A DNA stretch of 64,000 nt from an uncultured Verrucomicrobiae bacterium (GTDB lineage Bacteria; Verrucomicrobiota; Verrucomicrobiia; Chthoniobacterales; UBA10450): contig CAWIBO010000005.1 of assembly GCA_963834385.1 (NCBI GenBank), positions 576,001-640,000 on the forward strand, written 5' to 3'. Made by a program: the position numbers and the translations under genes. Shown in pieces: positions 11,833 to 23,382 of this stretch (position 1 is its first letter; each line of letters opens with the position of its first letter). The notes under the pieces are model-generated. The model ran no database searches and was not told the DNA's origin. It worked only from the letters and a program-made list of their open reading frames with translations.

Positions 11833-13900
11833 ATGCCCAGCGATTTCATGATGACGCCGGAAGAGCTCCGGCTGCGCACCCGCAAACGCCGCCGCCTTTT
11901 CCTGATCCTCGGAATCGGCCTCGCGCTCGGGCTCATCATCTTTTTCGCTGCCCGCCCGACCGGTCGCGCCATCAAATCCTGGCAGGCCCGACGTCACGCC
12001 GAGAAAGCCTTTGCCTATCTCGACCAGGAGAAATGGGAGGAGGCGAAAAACTCGGCCGTGTCCGCCTATCAGCTTTCACGCAACGAGCCGCAGGCGATCC
12101 GCGCCATTGCACGGCTGCTTTCCCGGACCCGACAGGCGGAGGCACTCGAATTCTGGAAGCAGTTTCGCGCCGACAACAAGATGTCCGCCGACGATCTCCG
12201 CGACGAGGCAAGCATTGCGCTTCTGGCCGGGATCACGCCGCGGGCCGAAACCGCTATGATCGAGCTGCTGGCCCTGCCCCAGCCGGAACCACGCGACCAT
12301 CTGCTGGCCGCCCAGCTTGCGGCCCAGAAAGGATCGGCCGCCGAAGCCACCGCCGCGATCGACCAAGTCCTCGCCCATCCCAAAACCGACGAACGCGAAC
12401 GTCTCCAGGCCGCCATCCTCCTTCTCGGCGGTCGCGCCCAACGAAGAAACCCGCCAGCGAGCCTGGTCAGAGATCGAGAAGATCGGCCAGGGCCAGACCG
12501 CCCCCGCCCTCGACGCCCTCGTCCTCCTCGCGCAGCGCGCCATCTCCTCGCCGACTCCCCCCAATAACCAACAACCAATAACCAATAACCGCGCCGCCCC
12601 CGGCGCCACCCCCAATAACCAACAACCGATAACCGATAACCGCGCCGCAGGCGCCACCCCCAATAACCAACAACCAGTAACCAATAACCGCGCCGCCCCC
12701 GGCGCCACCGCCCTCGCCCAGGCCCTCACCGCTCATCCCCTCGCCGGCGCCTCGCAAAAACTCATCGCGCGCGACCTGATCATTCGCGACGCGCCCGACC
12801 AGCGGGAGACGATGATCACCGAAGCGATCGCCGAATGGAAACAGGGCAGCCCCGCTGACCTGGCGGCGCTCGCCATGTGGCTCAACGGCAAACAGGAGCA
12901 CGACCGGCTCCTGGAGATCGTTCCGCTCGAGACGGCGCTCCGGTCGCGCGAGCTTTATCTTCAATACCTGGACGCGCTCGGGCGCACTCGGACGCTGGGG
13001 CGAGATCAAGACCCTTCTCGAGGCCGAACGTTTCCCGCTCGATCCCGTGGTGCAGTTCATGTATCTGGCCCGGGCCACGACGCAGCTCGGTGAAAAGACC
13101 GCCGCGGAGAATAGCTGGCTGCGCGCGCTCGACGCCGCTCACGGCAATCCCGGCAAACTCATGAGCGTGGCCGCTTACGCCGAAAAGAACGGGATGATCG
13201 CGGTGGCCGACCAGGCCTATGCGACCACAATCGCCGAGGCCCCGAAACTCCGCGCGGCCCATCAGGCGCGGCTCCGCCTGGCCCAGGGCGAGCGTGACAC
13301 GCGCAAGATGAACGAGACCCTGCGCGTCATGCTCGAGCATTGGCCAAACGATCCCGCCGTGCAGAACGACGAAGCGTATACGCGGTTGCTCCTGTTGGGA
13401 GCGAACCGCGAGGAGTCAGAAGCCGGAAGTCGGGAGTCGGCAGAGTCCGCAGCCGAAGCGGCTTCTCCAACAACCAATAACCAACAACCAATAACCAATA
13501 ACAGCGCCGTCCGGCGCCACCCCCCAAACTTCAATCTCCCATCTTCCATCTCCCGGCGAGGTCTCCTCGCCGTCGCCACCTCAACAACCAATAACGGATA
13601 ACGGAGAACTCGACCAAATCGCAGCCCTCGCTGAGCGCTTGGTCGCCTCCAACCCCACCAGCCTCCCGCATCGCACCCTCCTTGCGCTGGCCCGGCTGAA
13701 GCAAGGCCGCCCCGCCGACGCCCTTAAGGTTTACGAGAACATTCAGGTGCCGCCCGGGGCCCTGACCGCCTCCGCCCTGGCCGTCCACGCCGCCGTCCTG
13801 GCCGCAAACGGCAATCTCGACGAAGCCAGGACCGAAGCCGGCACCGCCGCCCGGTCCGCCCTGCTTGCCGGAAGAGCGCGCACTTCTGACTAACATTTAG
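11833..13900 (+). CDS. Membrane-anchored TPR-like helical-repeat protein with translated repeat inserts (at least 4 frameshifts)
   Basis: Basic patch plus one TM helix (RKRRRLFLILGIGLALGLIIFF), then Ala/Leu-rich helical repeats across ORFs 11833, 12317, 13047 and 13639. Likely ends LLPEERALLTNI* at 13900. Confidence 0.75.
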
Positions 13901-13989
13901 CCCGGCTCGCAAAGGCATTTGTTCAAGGAAGCCGGGCGAATCTCCTCTTTGTCGACCCAGTCAATATTTGTGGACATTTTGGGCTCTCC

Positions 13990-14335
13990 CCCGGTAGGGC
14001 GAGACTCCGTCGAGCCTGGGATCGATAAGGGTGCAGACAGACAGGATTTACAGGATGAACAGGATTAGGTGAAGGCTCCCGCGGCCGAGGGCCGCTCCCC
14101 TTTCAGCTTTTCAGTTGTCAGCATTTCAGTTTTTGCCTTTAGGCTCCGCGCCCCACGCCCCATGCTCCGTGCCCGACCCTGTCAGCTTGTCAGCGTTTCA
14201 GCTTTTCAGCTTTTTTCTTCAAGCTCCCAGCCCCTGCTCCGCGCCCCTAGCTTCCAACTTCCATCTCCAATCTTCCGCGGCCGGCAGCCGCTCCCTTTCA
14301 GCTTTTCAGTTGTCAGCGTTTCAGCTTTTCTCTTA
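13990..14335. repeat. Mosaic repeat array (GTAG REP, 9-mer block, 8-mer TCAGCTTT blocks, 7-mers)
   Basis: GGTAGGGCGAGACTCCGTCGAGCC at 13993, ACAGGATTTACAGGATGAACAGGATT at 14041, and three TCAGCTTT-type blocks. Confidence 0.9.
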
Positions 14336-14345
14336 ACTCCCAACA

Positions 14346-14678
14346 ATGTCCCGCGGCCAACACCTCATCGTTCTGCTCCTTTCCGCCGCCTGTCTCATCC
14401 TCGCGGTCGCTGCGCTCGCCACCGCCCGGTCTAATCAGGATCTGCAAACCGAGCTGCAAGCCCAGCAAACCGAGATCAACAAAGGCGTGCTCAGCCAGCA
14501 GATCGGGACCAATCTCATCCGCGACATTGCCGGGTCCGCCATTCAAAACGAGAACCTGCGCGCCCTGCTCGCGCGTCACGGCTTCACCATCCAGGAAACA
14601 CCGGGACCGGCCGCCGCGCCCGCAAACGCCGCCACCCCTTCGTCGACGCCTGGCACTCCGCCGCCGCGCCGCCGCTGA
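14346..14678 (+). CDS. Small single-TM coiled-coil protein A1 (unknown function)
   Basis: TM helix, then NQDLQTELQAQQTEINKG..SQ.IG.NLIRD...NENLRALLARHG, and a Pro/Thr tail ending PRRR. Clear paralog of 21735..22085. Confidence 0.85.
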   Translation: MSRGQHLIVLLLSAACLILAVAALATARSNQDLQTELQAQQTEINKGVLSQQIGTNLIRDIAGSAIQNENLRALLARHGFTIQETPGPAAAPANAATPSSTPGTPPPRRR

Positions 14679-15070
14679 TGATGCGCCCGCCCCAACACCT
14701 TCCCCCGCAGCCACACCGTGACCTCGCCCATGGACGATCCGCCGTTGTTCAATCCGCCCCGGTCCGAACCGCGTTTTGGCCGCTCTTTTTCATCTCCCTC
14801 ACCCTGATCACCGTGCTCGGCTGGGAACTGGCCATGGCCGGCCAGGCCCGGCGCACCGCCCAGCAACTGCGCACCCAGCAAAACAGCGTGGTCGAACAGT
14901 CACAGCAGGTTCAACTCGCCCTCGAAAAGCTGGCGCGCGACCTGGTCGAGCTCGGCAAAACCGACCCCGCCGCCCAAGCCTTGGTGACGAAGTACAATAT
15001 CAGCGTAACCGGCGTCCCCTCGTCGCCCGGCCACGGCGCCCTCCGCGACCCCTCAGTAGCGGCCGTGTAG
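14678..15070 (+). CDS. Small single-TM coiled-coil protein B1 (unknown function; start uncertain)
   Basis: AFWP plus TM helix, a Gln-rich coil, then LEKLARDLVELGKTDPAAQALV. Paralog of 22093..22470; start overlaps the A1 stop. Confidence 0.82.
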   Translation: MMRPPQHLPPQPHRDLAHGRSAVVQSAPVRTAFWPLFFISLTLITVLGWELAMAGQARRTAQQLRTQQNSVVEQSQQVQLALEKLARDLVELGKTDPAAQALVTKYNISVTGVPSSPGHGALRDPSVAAV

Positions 15071-15095
15071 CGTCGGCCGTCCGCGTGTCCCCTCG

Positions 15096-15292
15096 GGAGA
15101 TCAGTGATCGGTGATCGGCGATCCGTAGTCGGAGATTAGCCCCTCCTGCTCCTGCTCTTGATTCCTGCCCTCTAAGGAGATCAGTGATCGGCGATCAGTT
15201 CCTCCCTTGGCTGCCGACCATTCACGGTTCACCATTCAACCATTCACGCACCCTTCCCCCCGGTAGGGCGAGACTCCGTCGAGCCTGGGAGC
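15096..15292. repeat. Mosaic repeat array (7-mer TGATCGG, 6-mer CTCCTG, 7-mer CCATTCA, GTAG REP)
   Basis: GGAGATCAGTGATCGG twice, CTCCTGCTCCTGCTCTTG, and a REP at 15262-15285. Confidence 0.85.
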
Positions 15293-15430
15293 AAGCGTGG
15301 CTGCTCAGAGACAGAATCTTCAAAACTAACCCCCTTCTGCGCTGAAAGGTGACGTAATAGATTGCGAATATACCACTTACACGACTTCTTACGCGCGCAT
15401 AACTTTTCTCGGAAAATTGTGGAAATTCCT

Positions 15431-15459
15431 TTGACAGAAAACCGATAAACAGGTCTACT
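15431..15459 (+). promoter_or_regulatory. Putative sigma70 promoter of PEP-CTERM gene 1
   Basis: TTGACA-N17-TCTACT in an AT-rich stretch ~95 nt upstream of ATG 15554. Confidence 0.55.
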
Positions 15460-15553
15460 GCGCCTCAGCTTTTCCACGTCCCCTTCCCCCCGCAGAACCT
15501 CTCCTCCCCCCAAGTCGCGAAATTCATCGCCCTTCGTTTGTACCTGATCCCCC

Positions 15554-18500
15554 ATGGATTCTGATCTCTCCTCGCGTCCACTAGACGAGCGCCAGCTCTC
15601 CACCAAAGGATTCACCATCCTTTGCATCGTCTTCCTCCTCCTCGCCGCCGCCGCGGCTTCGTATGGGCAGACATGGACCGGCGGAGGTTCCAGCGATGAT
15701 TGGGGCGATGGTGGTAACTGGTCCGGCGGTGCCCCCAGCTCATCAGGGAGCGCGATCCTAAACTTTGCAGGGACCGCGAGGCTGCAACCTTGGAACAACT
15801 ACGCGAACTACACCCAGTTTCAGTCGATCTTTTTCAATGCAGGTGCAGGGGCATTCACGCTGCGCGGGAATGCAATCAAGCTTTTCGGGAATATCCAAAA
15901 CGACAGTTCGAGCTTGCAAACAATCAACTTCGGATCGTCGGGCGAAGGTAAATGGGGCTTTGTTGGTGGAAATAATGCGGACAGACAATCGTTTCACCCT
16001 GAACAGCGGTAACATAACTGTTAGCCAGTCCATTTTCCTCGATAACGGGGCTGGCATCAATGTCTATGGCTCGAATCGTAACACGTTGACTCTGGATGCA
16101 GTGGTCTTTGACGGCATTGGCGCGAGCGGAGATTTCACAATCAATACCGATCAGCTTGTTATCTTCAATGCTGCGAATACGTATTCGGGACAAACACGCA
16201 TCAAAGCGGGTGAGTTGCGCCTTGGTAACAGCGGTGGGATCAAGAGCGGCACCACCTTCTTTCTGGGTAATTCATCCGGGTCAGCAAATGCTACGCTTAG
16301 CCTAAACGGCTCCAGCCAGACGATTTCGAACGCGGTGAATGTCGAGTCGGGGAATACCGGCACGATGACCGTTCAGTCTTTGAATAATTCGGGGACGAAC
16401 ACTCTTAGTGGGACGCTCACCTTGAATAAGGCGACAACAATTTCTGCGGTCTCCGGTGGCACGTTAGCAGTGAACACGATCACTGGTGTTAACACGAGCA
16501 ACACGCTGACCATTGGCGGAGCGGGAACGGTCAAGTTGGGTGGGACCGTCGACAACACCAATCTCAGCATCAATGCCGCGAGTGGAACATTGATTCTGGA
16601 AAAAACGAGCAGCGGACCCGGCGGGCTCGTCGCAGGCGTTCGTTCGCTGGGCGGCACTCTGACGCTTTCCGGGGGAACCGTCCAGATCGGCGGCACCGGA
16701 CAGGGCGGGAGCACGACCAACGTCGACCAAATCTATAACGGGGCGGACGTAGTGGTGAACAGTGGCACCCTTGATCTGAATGGACGCAACGAGACGATCA
16801 ACGGCTTCAGCGGGACGGGCGGGTATGTGACCAACAATGCCACCGGAACCAGCACCCTTACGGTCGGGTTTGATGGCGCTACTGGCACCTTCGCTGGCAC
16901 AATCCAGGACGGCGGCAGCGGCAAAGTCCTTGCCCTGACAAAGACCGGCAGCGGCACGGTTACTCTCTCGAACACGACCAACACTTACACCGGCGGCACC
17001 GTAGTTTCCGGCGGCCTCGTGGCTATCCGAGAAGGTACAAGCTGGGGGCGTCGCCAGGATCGTTTCAGGCAGCAAACGTCACGTTGAATGGCGGCGGATT
17101 GACCGTCGATTGGACTGCGACGTATGCCGTTGCGTTGCAGACGAACCGGGGTGTTACAATCGGCTCAGGCGGCGGGTCCGTAGGTGCCGGCACCGCCCAC
17201 AGTTCGTCACTAACAATCAACGGTGCCATCGTGAATAACGCCGGCGCCGGCCAGTCTTTCTTCCTCGGGGGCACCAACGCTATCACCATCGGCGGCGCCA
17301 TTTCTGGTTCCGGTCTTGTCCAGGTAAATGGCAGCAACGTCGCCTTCAGCGGAACGAACACTAATTCTGGTGGAACGCAGATCGATAGCGGGGCGCTGCT
17401 AAAGATGAATGGCGGGCAGCTTCAGTCGACAACGGTCGGCTCGCTGGCTGCGAATGGCACGTTTGATCTGAATGGCACGTCTCAGACTGTCGCCGGCCTG
17501 ACGGGAGCAAGTAGCGGCAGTATCCGAAATAACAATGGCACCGCAGGTTCGCTGACGATAAGCGTCGCCACTGGGAACAATACGTTCAACGGCACAATCG
17601 GTAACACAGGCCAAAATGATCTAAGCCTCACGAAAGGGGGGAGCGGCACCCTCTCTCTCACCGGAGTCAATACGTTCACTGGTGGGATCGTAGTGAACGG
17701 CGGGACCCTTTCCGTAAACTCGAATAGCGCGCTTGGCGATACAGCAGGCGTCGTTACTCTGAACGACGGGGCCACGTTCAACAACACTGCGATTGTGAGC
17801 ACCGCCAACGGTATGCGCCTCTTTACAATCACGAATGCTGCCAATGCTACCATCACTTTCAACACCGGAGCGGACTGGAGTTTTGCCTCTAGCGGGACGC
17901 GTGGGATCAGTGGCGGCTCTTCTACCACAACTCTGATCAAAACGGGCGCTGGTACGCTCACCATCAACAACAACTCCCAGTCCCTGACCGGCAACTGGCG
18001 GATCGATCAGGGGACACTTTCGAATTCCTTCGCGAACGCTAATTCATTGGGCACGGGCAACGTGACGCTAAACGGCGGCACGTTTCTAATGAGTTCCTCA
18101 CTGTCGAGAACTGCCGATCGGATTTTCACCTTCAACAATGTCGCGGGCAACGTCATGGACGTGGCCACGAGCGGCATATTCGTCTTTGACGTGGCGAATC
18201 GACTTACAGGCGCAGGTGGGTTCTCGAAGACTGGCAATGGCACACTCCAGATCGCTGCCGGGCAAAATTATGCCGGCACTACCCAAATCACTGGTGGCGT
18301 GATCTCGATAACAGGCGCGGGCAGCATCGCCAACGGAGCGTCCGGTTCCCGTGTGAATATATCGTCTGGTGCGCAACTCGACATCAGTGGCAGCACGTCG
18401 GGAGCGAGTGTCTCAATTATTTCGGAAACCGGCGGGACCAACGGGGGTGCAGTGAAGCTTGGGGCGCGAACCCTCACGATGAACGGAGGAGCGGCGAGCA

Positions 18501-21500
18501 CGACTTACCAGTTCGACAACCTCGGCATTGCTGGCGACACGGGCGGGTTCACTTTGAATGGTGCGAACGCCAGCACGACGCTGCGACTTTACGGGGCCTC
18601 TGCGTATACGGGCGCGACAAGCATTCAGCAGGGCACCTTGGTCCTGGCAGGCACAGGAGCGTCCTCCGGTTATACTCTCTCGGGCGGCGGCCTGACGACC
18701 GAAGGAGCGAATCGTCTTACCAGCGCCAGCAACATTACTGTGTCGAATAGCGGCAGTACCTTTACAGTTGGCGGGGCTACGGAAACGGTCGGGGCACTCG
18801 CGGGCAGCGCAGGCACGATTGCGATTGGTGCAAACACTCTGACCACCTCTAGCGCCAGCTCGACGACATATAGCGGTGTCTTCACCGGTATCGCGGCTGG
18901 CCGGCTTGAGAAAGGCGGAACTGGCACGCTGACCCTCGGCGGAAGCGGAAGCGCGTTCCTCGGGCAGCTTAAGTTGGCAGAGGGCACAGTCGTTGTGAAC
19001 AGCGCTTCAGCTTTGGGCAATAACACCTCGACTTCGACGCGCGCGATCGACCTAGGCCTTAACGCTGCGAACACCTCTCAAGCAAACAACGTTTCGCTGC
19101 TCGCGAGCAACGGCGTCACGTTCAGCCAGTCCATCTACGTTGCGCCGAACACGTCCAACGCCACGCGCACCATCGGCTTGAATGGCGGCGCCGGCTCTGC
19201 CACATTTAGCAACGAAATTTTTCTTGCTGGCAACGCGACGCTCGATGCCACCGGCGGCGCGACGACCGTCAGTGGCAGGTTGACTGGCGCTGGCGGCATT
19301 ATTGCCAATGCCGGAAACATCTCCTTGAATGCGGCAAACAATTATACGGGATCTACCGCAGTCAATGCCGGAACTCTCACCATCAAAAACAATAGTGCTT
19401 TGGGAACGACGGCAGGTGGCACCAGCGTCGCTGGCGGCGCGACTCTGAAGCTTGATGGCACGGGCAGCTCGCTTTCAGTGGGCGCGGAGGCTCTCACCCT
19501 TAACGGGAGCGGCGTCGCCAACGGTGGCGCCCTGGCAAACGTCGGCACGAACTCCTACGCTGGCGCCATCACTTTGGGCAGCAACGCGTCGATCCACGCC
19601 GGCGGAGGAACGCTGAATCTCACGGGCGGAATTACGAAAGATGCCAAAATTCTTACCCTTACCGGTGGCGGTACGATCACCCTCAGCACCTTCGGAATTT
19701 CCGGCGCGTCAGCCGGTTCCGACCTGATCGTGGATGGCGTTACTTTCAATGCCAACGTCGCCAACGACTACAACGGTCCGACGTCGATCATCAACGGCGG
19801 TGTCTTCAACGCGAACGTCGCCGATGCCCTCCCCCCCGCGAACGGCCGCTCGGCTGTCAGCATGGATGCGACCGGCTCCGGCAGTTCGCAGCTAAACCTG
19901 GGTGCAAATCAATCCATTGCCTCGCTGCTCGGACTCAGTTCTTCGCTGATCAATTTGAACGCGTTTACTCTCACGTTCGGCACCGGGGCAGGTACCTTCC
20001 GATTTCGCCGGTGTCATTTCTGGCAGTGGTAAACTCGTGAAGGATGGTGCCAGCACCCAGTCGCTCTCCGGAAACAACAACTTCAGCGGGGGCACTGATC
20101 TTGCCGGAGGAACGCTGGCCATTAACAGCGCCTCTTCGCTCGGAGCCGTGGGCGGTGCTCTCGCTTTCACCGGGACCAGCACTCTCCGGACGGATGCAAG
20201 CTTCAGCTCCGCTCGTAATTATTCGATCAATTCCGGCGTCACAGGGACCATTGACACCAACAACAACACCTTCACGCAAACCGGCGTCATTTCGGGCGAT
20301 GGCAACCTGAGCAAGTCTGGTGCGGGATCGCTGATCGTGACCGGCACCAACACCTACCTTGGTGCAACCACCATCAACAGCGGGATCCTTCAGGTCGGAA
20401 ATAACGGCACAACGGGAACGCTCGGTGCCGGGCAGGTGAACATTGGCGATGCCGCCACGTTGCGTTTTGACCGCTCCGATCCGTTTTCGGTCAGCAACAG
20501 CATCAATCTCGCGGGCGTTGGCGGTCAGCAGGGCTTTGTTAATGTCTTCAGGAGCGGGCAGCAGGTAACGCTTACCGGGGCGATCACCAGCGCCGGCGCC
20601 GGTCTGACCAAATCGGGACTGGGCAAGCTCGTGGTCGATAATGCCTCGAACAGCTTTACGTCAGATGTCCGTATTCAGAGCGGGATCCTGGAGACCGCAA
20701 CTCTCTCATTCGGCGGTTCCAACAGTTCCCTCGGGAAAGGCAGCATCTTTATTGGCGACGACGGAAGTGCCGGCACATTGCGTTACACCGGCACAACGGC
20801 CAACACAGACCGGCTGCAATTCAACGCCCTTCAGGCGACCGGCACAAACAACATCATCGACGTGGTTTTCTTCCGGGACCACCCTCACGGTCACCTCAAA
20901 TATGACCGAAGACGCTGCGGGCAATGGCCTAGCTAAGGAGGGCGCGGGCGCGCTTAGTCTGACTGGAGCCAACAACTATAGCGGCGCTACTTCGGTTAAC
21001 GCTGGCTCGCTGTTCGCGAATAATTCGTCGGGTTCGGCTACGGGCACCGGAAACGTGACCGTGAACAATTCCGGCACAACCCTGGGCGGCACTGGCGTGA
21101 TCACGGGCACCGTGAACGTTGGGGCAGGCGCCAACCTCGTCGTCGGTAGCACGGCAGCCGCAGGAACAACCGAAACCCTTCACATCGGTTCCCTCACCCT
21201 GGCTTCCACTTCTAACTTTACCGTCGACCTGATGGGCACGGCGGTTGGCTCAAGTTACGACCAACTCCTCGTCATGGGTGCGGTCAATCTTGGAGGAGCA
21301 AACCTGATCGTGAACGCAGGGGCTGGACTTAACCTTCTGGATAAGTTCTTTATCGTTTCGAATGACGGTGTCGACGCCATCAACGGAATTTTTAGCCAGA
21401 ATGCGACGGTTAGCTCCGGGAACTACCTTTTTGCCATTAATTATCTCGATAATTTCGGTGGGGTCGGTCCCGGAAACGATATCTCGTTAACCGTGACCGC

Positions 21501-21597
21501 CGTCCCCGAGCCCGGCACGTGGATCGGCGGCTCGCTCGCGTTCCTCGCGATCGGCTACACCCAGCGCCGCCGGTTCCTGAAGCGCCGCGCTTCTTAG
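15554..21597 (+). CDS. Giant (~2,000 aa) PEP-CTERM protein with autotransporter-associated beta-strand (PATR-like) repeats; 4 apparent frameshifts (~15975, 17045, 19995, 20868)
   Basis: Signal peptide then TWTGGG...W....NW; many LTKxGxGTLxLxxxNTYTGGTxVxxGTL repeats; C-terminal VPEPGTW, TM helix and RRRFLKRR. Confidence 0.9.
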
Positions 21598-21599
21598 CC

Positions 21600-21730
21600 G
21601 TAGGGAGCACGGCTTTGTAAGCCGTCCATTAGCCGGGTTACGAACCCGGCCTCCTAACCGAATAAGTGAACGCGCGCACCTGCGCGCTACTTTCTCCTTT
21701 CGACTTTCGACTTTCGACCTTCTACTTTCT
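21600..21730. repeat. REP-like hairpin pair and TTTCGAC heptamer block
   Basis: GGAGCACGGCTTTGTAAGCCGT and CCGGGTTACGAACCCGG hairpins (related copy at 22472-22520); TTTCGACTTTCGACTTTCGAC at ~21698-21718. Confidence 0.7.
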
Positions 21731-21734
21731 CCAA

Positions 21735-22085
21735 ATGTCCCGTTCCCAGTTCACCATTCTCCTGATCATCGCCCTCGCCTGCCTCGGGCTGGCCGCCGCG
21801 GGGATTGTCGTCGCGCACGGGAACCAGGCGCTCCAGGCCGAGCTCCAGGCGCAACAGGCTGAGATCAACAAGGGCACGACCAGCCAGAGGGTGGGTTTGA
21901 ACCTGGTGCGCGCCATGGCGGTGTCAGCACGGAAGAATGACAACCTCAAGAGCCTGCTCGACCGACACGGCTACAAGCTGAGAGAGGACGAGCCTGCGGA
22001 GACGTCGGCGGACGAACCGGAGCCGGCCGCGTCCCCCTCGCCCACTCCAACTCCTTCCCCGACGACAACGCCGCGCCGCCGCTAG
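21735..22085 (+). CDS. Small single-TM coiled-coil protein A2
   Basis: MSRSQF.. plus TM helix, NQALQAELQAQQAEINKG..SQ.VG.NLVR...NDNLKSLLDRHG, tail ending PRRR. Paralog of A1. Confidence 0.87.
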   Translation: MSRSQFTILLIIALACLGLAAAGIVVAHGNQALQAELQAQQAEINKGTTSQRVGLNLVRAMAVSARKNDNLKSLLDRHGYKLREDEPAETSADEPEPAASPSPTPTPSPTTTPRRR

Positions 22086-22092
22086 AAACATC

Positions 22093-22470
22093 ATGGAAGA
22101 TCGCGACACACCCCACCACGACCCGGCCCCGGCGCCCGCGGCGGTCCGCCGGCCGCTGAACGCCTTTTGGCCGGTCTTGATCCTGTCGCTCAGCATCCTG
22201 GCCATGTTCGGCTGGATCGTTTGGACCGGGGTGCAATCGCGACAAAAAGCTCTCGAGGTGCGCGAGCAGCAGGAGAAATCAGTCGAACGCGCCAGGGAGA
22301 TGCAGCGCGCGCTCGAACGTTTGGCGCGCGACCTGGTGGAGCTTGGAAAGACCGATCCCGACGCGCAGGCGCTCGTGACCCAGTTCCGTATCAATGTGGT
22401 GGCGCCGTCCGGAGCCGCTCAAGCCCCGTTTTCGAGTGCCACCGACACCCCGGCTGGAGCGGGCCCTTAA
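22093..22470 (+). CDS. Small single-TM coiled-coil protein B2
   Basis: AFWP plus TM helix and coil, then LERLARDLVELGKTDPDAQALV. Paralog of B1. Confidence 0.87.
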   Translation: MEDRDTPHHDPAPAPAAVRRPLNAFWPVLILSLSILAMFGWIVWTGVQSRQKALEVREQQEKSVERAREMQRALERLARDLVELGKTDPDAQALVTQFRINVVAPSGAAQAPFSSATDTPAGAGP

Positions 22471-22471
22471 T

Positions 22472-22790
22472 GGAGAACGGATTTGTAATCCGTTGAGCCA
22501 GGTTACAAACACCGGCCACCGAAGACTCAGCAGCGAGAGTATCCCAATACAGGTGATCAGTGATCAGCCGCTCCGCTCCCCCAACTCCCATCTTCAAGCT
22601 TCCGCGGCCGAGCCGCCACGCTCCCGTCCCGCTCCATGCTCTAGCCACCGCATCTTCTAGCCTCCCCGCTGTCTCGCCGCTGCTTCATTCCGCAGTCCGA
22701 GATGGGCAATCTTCTCCACCGAACGGATAACCGAAACCCGCGCGTCAGCGCGCTCCCGCCCGCTTTCAGCTTTTCAGCTTGTCACCTGCC
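22472..22790. repeat. Mosaic repeat array (GGAG hairpin, 7-mer and 8-mer blocks)
   Basis: GGAGAACGGATTTGTAATCCGTT, GTGATCAGTGATCAG and TTTCAGCTTTTCAGCTTGTCA. Confidence 0.7.
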
Positions 22791-22940
22791 CGCAGCGCTC
22801 GCGCAGCGATTGCGGGCGTGGGCGTCCCCGCTCCAAGCCCCGCTCCCCCTCGCCTTCCAATTTCCATAGTCGTTGGACGTCTGGTCGACCACCAGCGGTA
22901 GGGGTGAAGTTGTTCACCGCTCTTCACAGGCCGCAACATG

Positions 22941-22957
22941 TCGGCATTTTCTTTGCG
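22941..22957 (+). promoter_or_regulatory. Putative sigma54 (-24/-12) promoter upstream of the giant surface-protein gene
   Basis: TCGGCATTTTCTTTGCG: exact GG-N10-GC spacing with GGCA and TTGC cores. A sigma70-like TTGACG-N18-TCTTAT follows at 22975-23004. Confidence 0.5.
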
Positions 22958-23382
22958 GAGACCCTCTTTTCTTGTTGACGAGTGGGAGGCGACTTTGGTC
23001 TTATCCGCCGTTCTCATTCGCGTTCTCCCCCGGCCAGCGCCTTAACCCCTCCCCCAAATCTGAAAACCCGCGTTTCCATCGCCCTGGCCGGATTGCGCCC
23101 TAACGCCGGGCCGACCGGTCCAAAAACCTCGCGCCGTTACAGTTTCTACAACGCCAACTCGATCGGGTGCGCCAGCAATCAGACCCCTTTTCGAGGAGGC
23201 GGTCGTGACGAATCCACGAGCCGTTCGTTCGACATGCTAACTGCGCAGTCCTTTCTCATGAGAAGCTTTCCTGCCCTTGCTCTGCACTCTTGCGGTCTGC
23301 GCTCTCTCGCGCGGCTGTGTGATCGCTTCCCATTTTTCGGTGCGGTGAACTCGGCTGACATCCAATCGGAGGTTTCCGGCAA

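Noticed and set aside
12555..12712. Repeat-spacer pattern resembling a mini CRISPR array
   Set aside because: The spacers are nearly identical, the repeats are heptamer tandems within an ORF, and there are no cas genes or leader.
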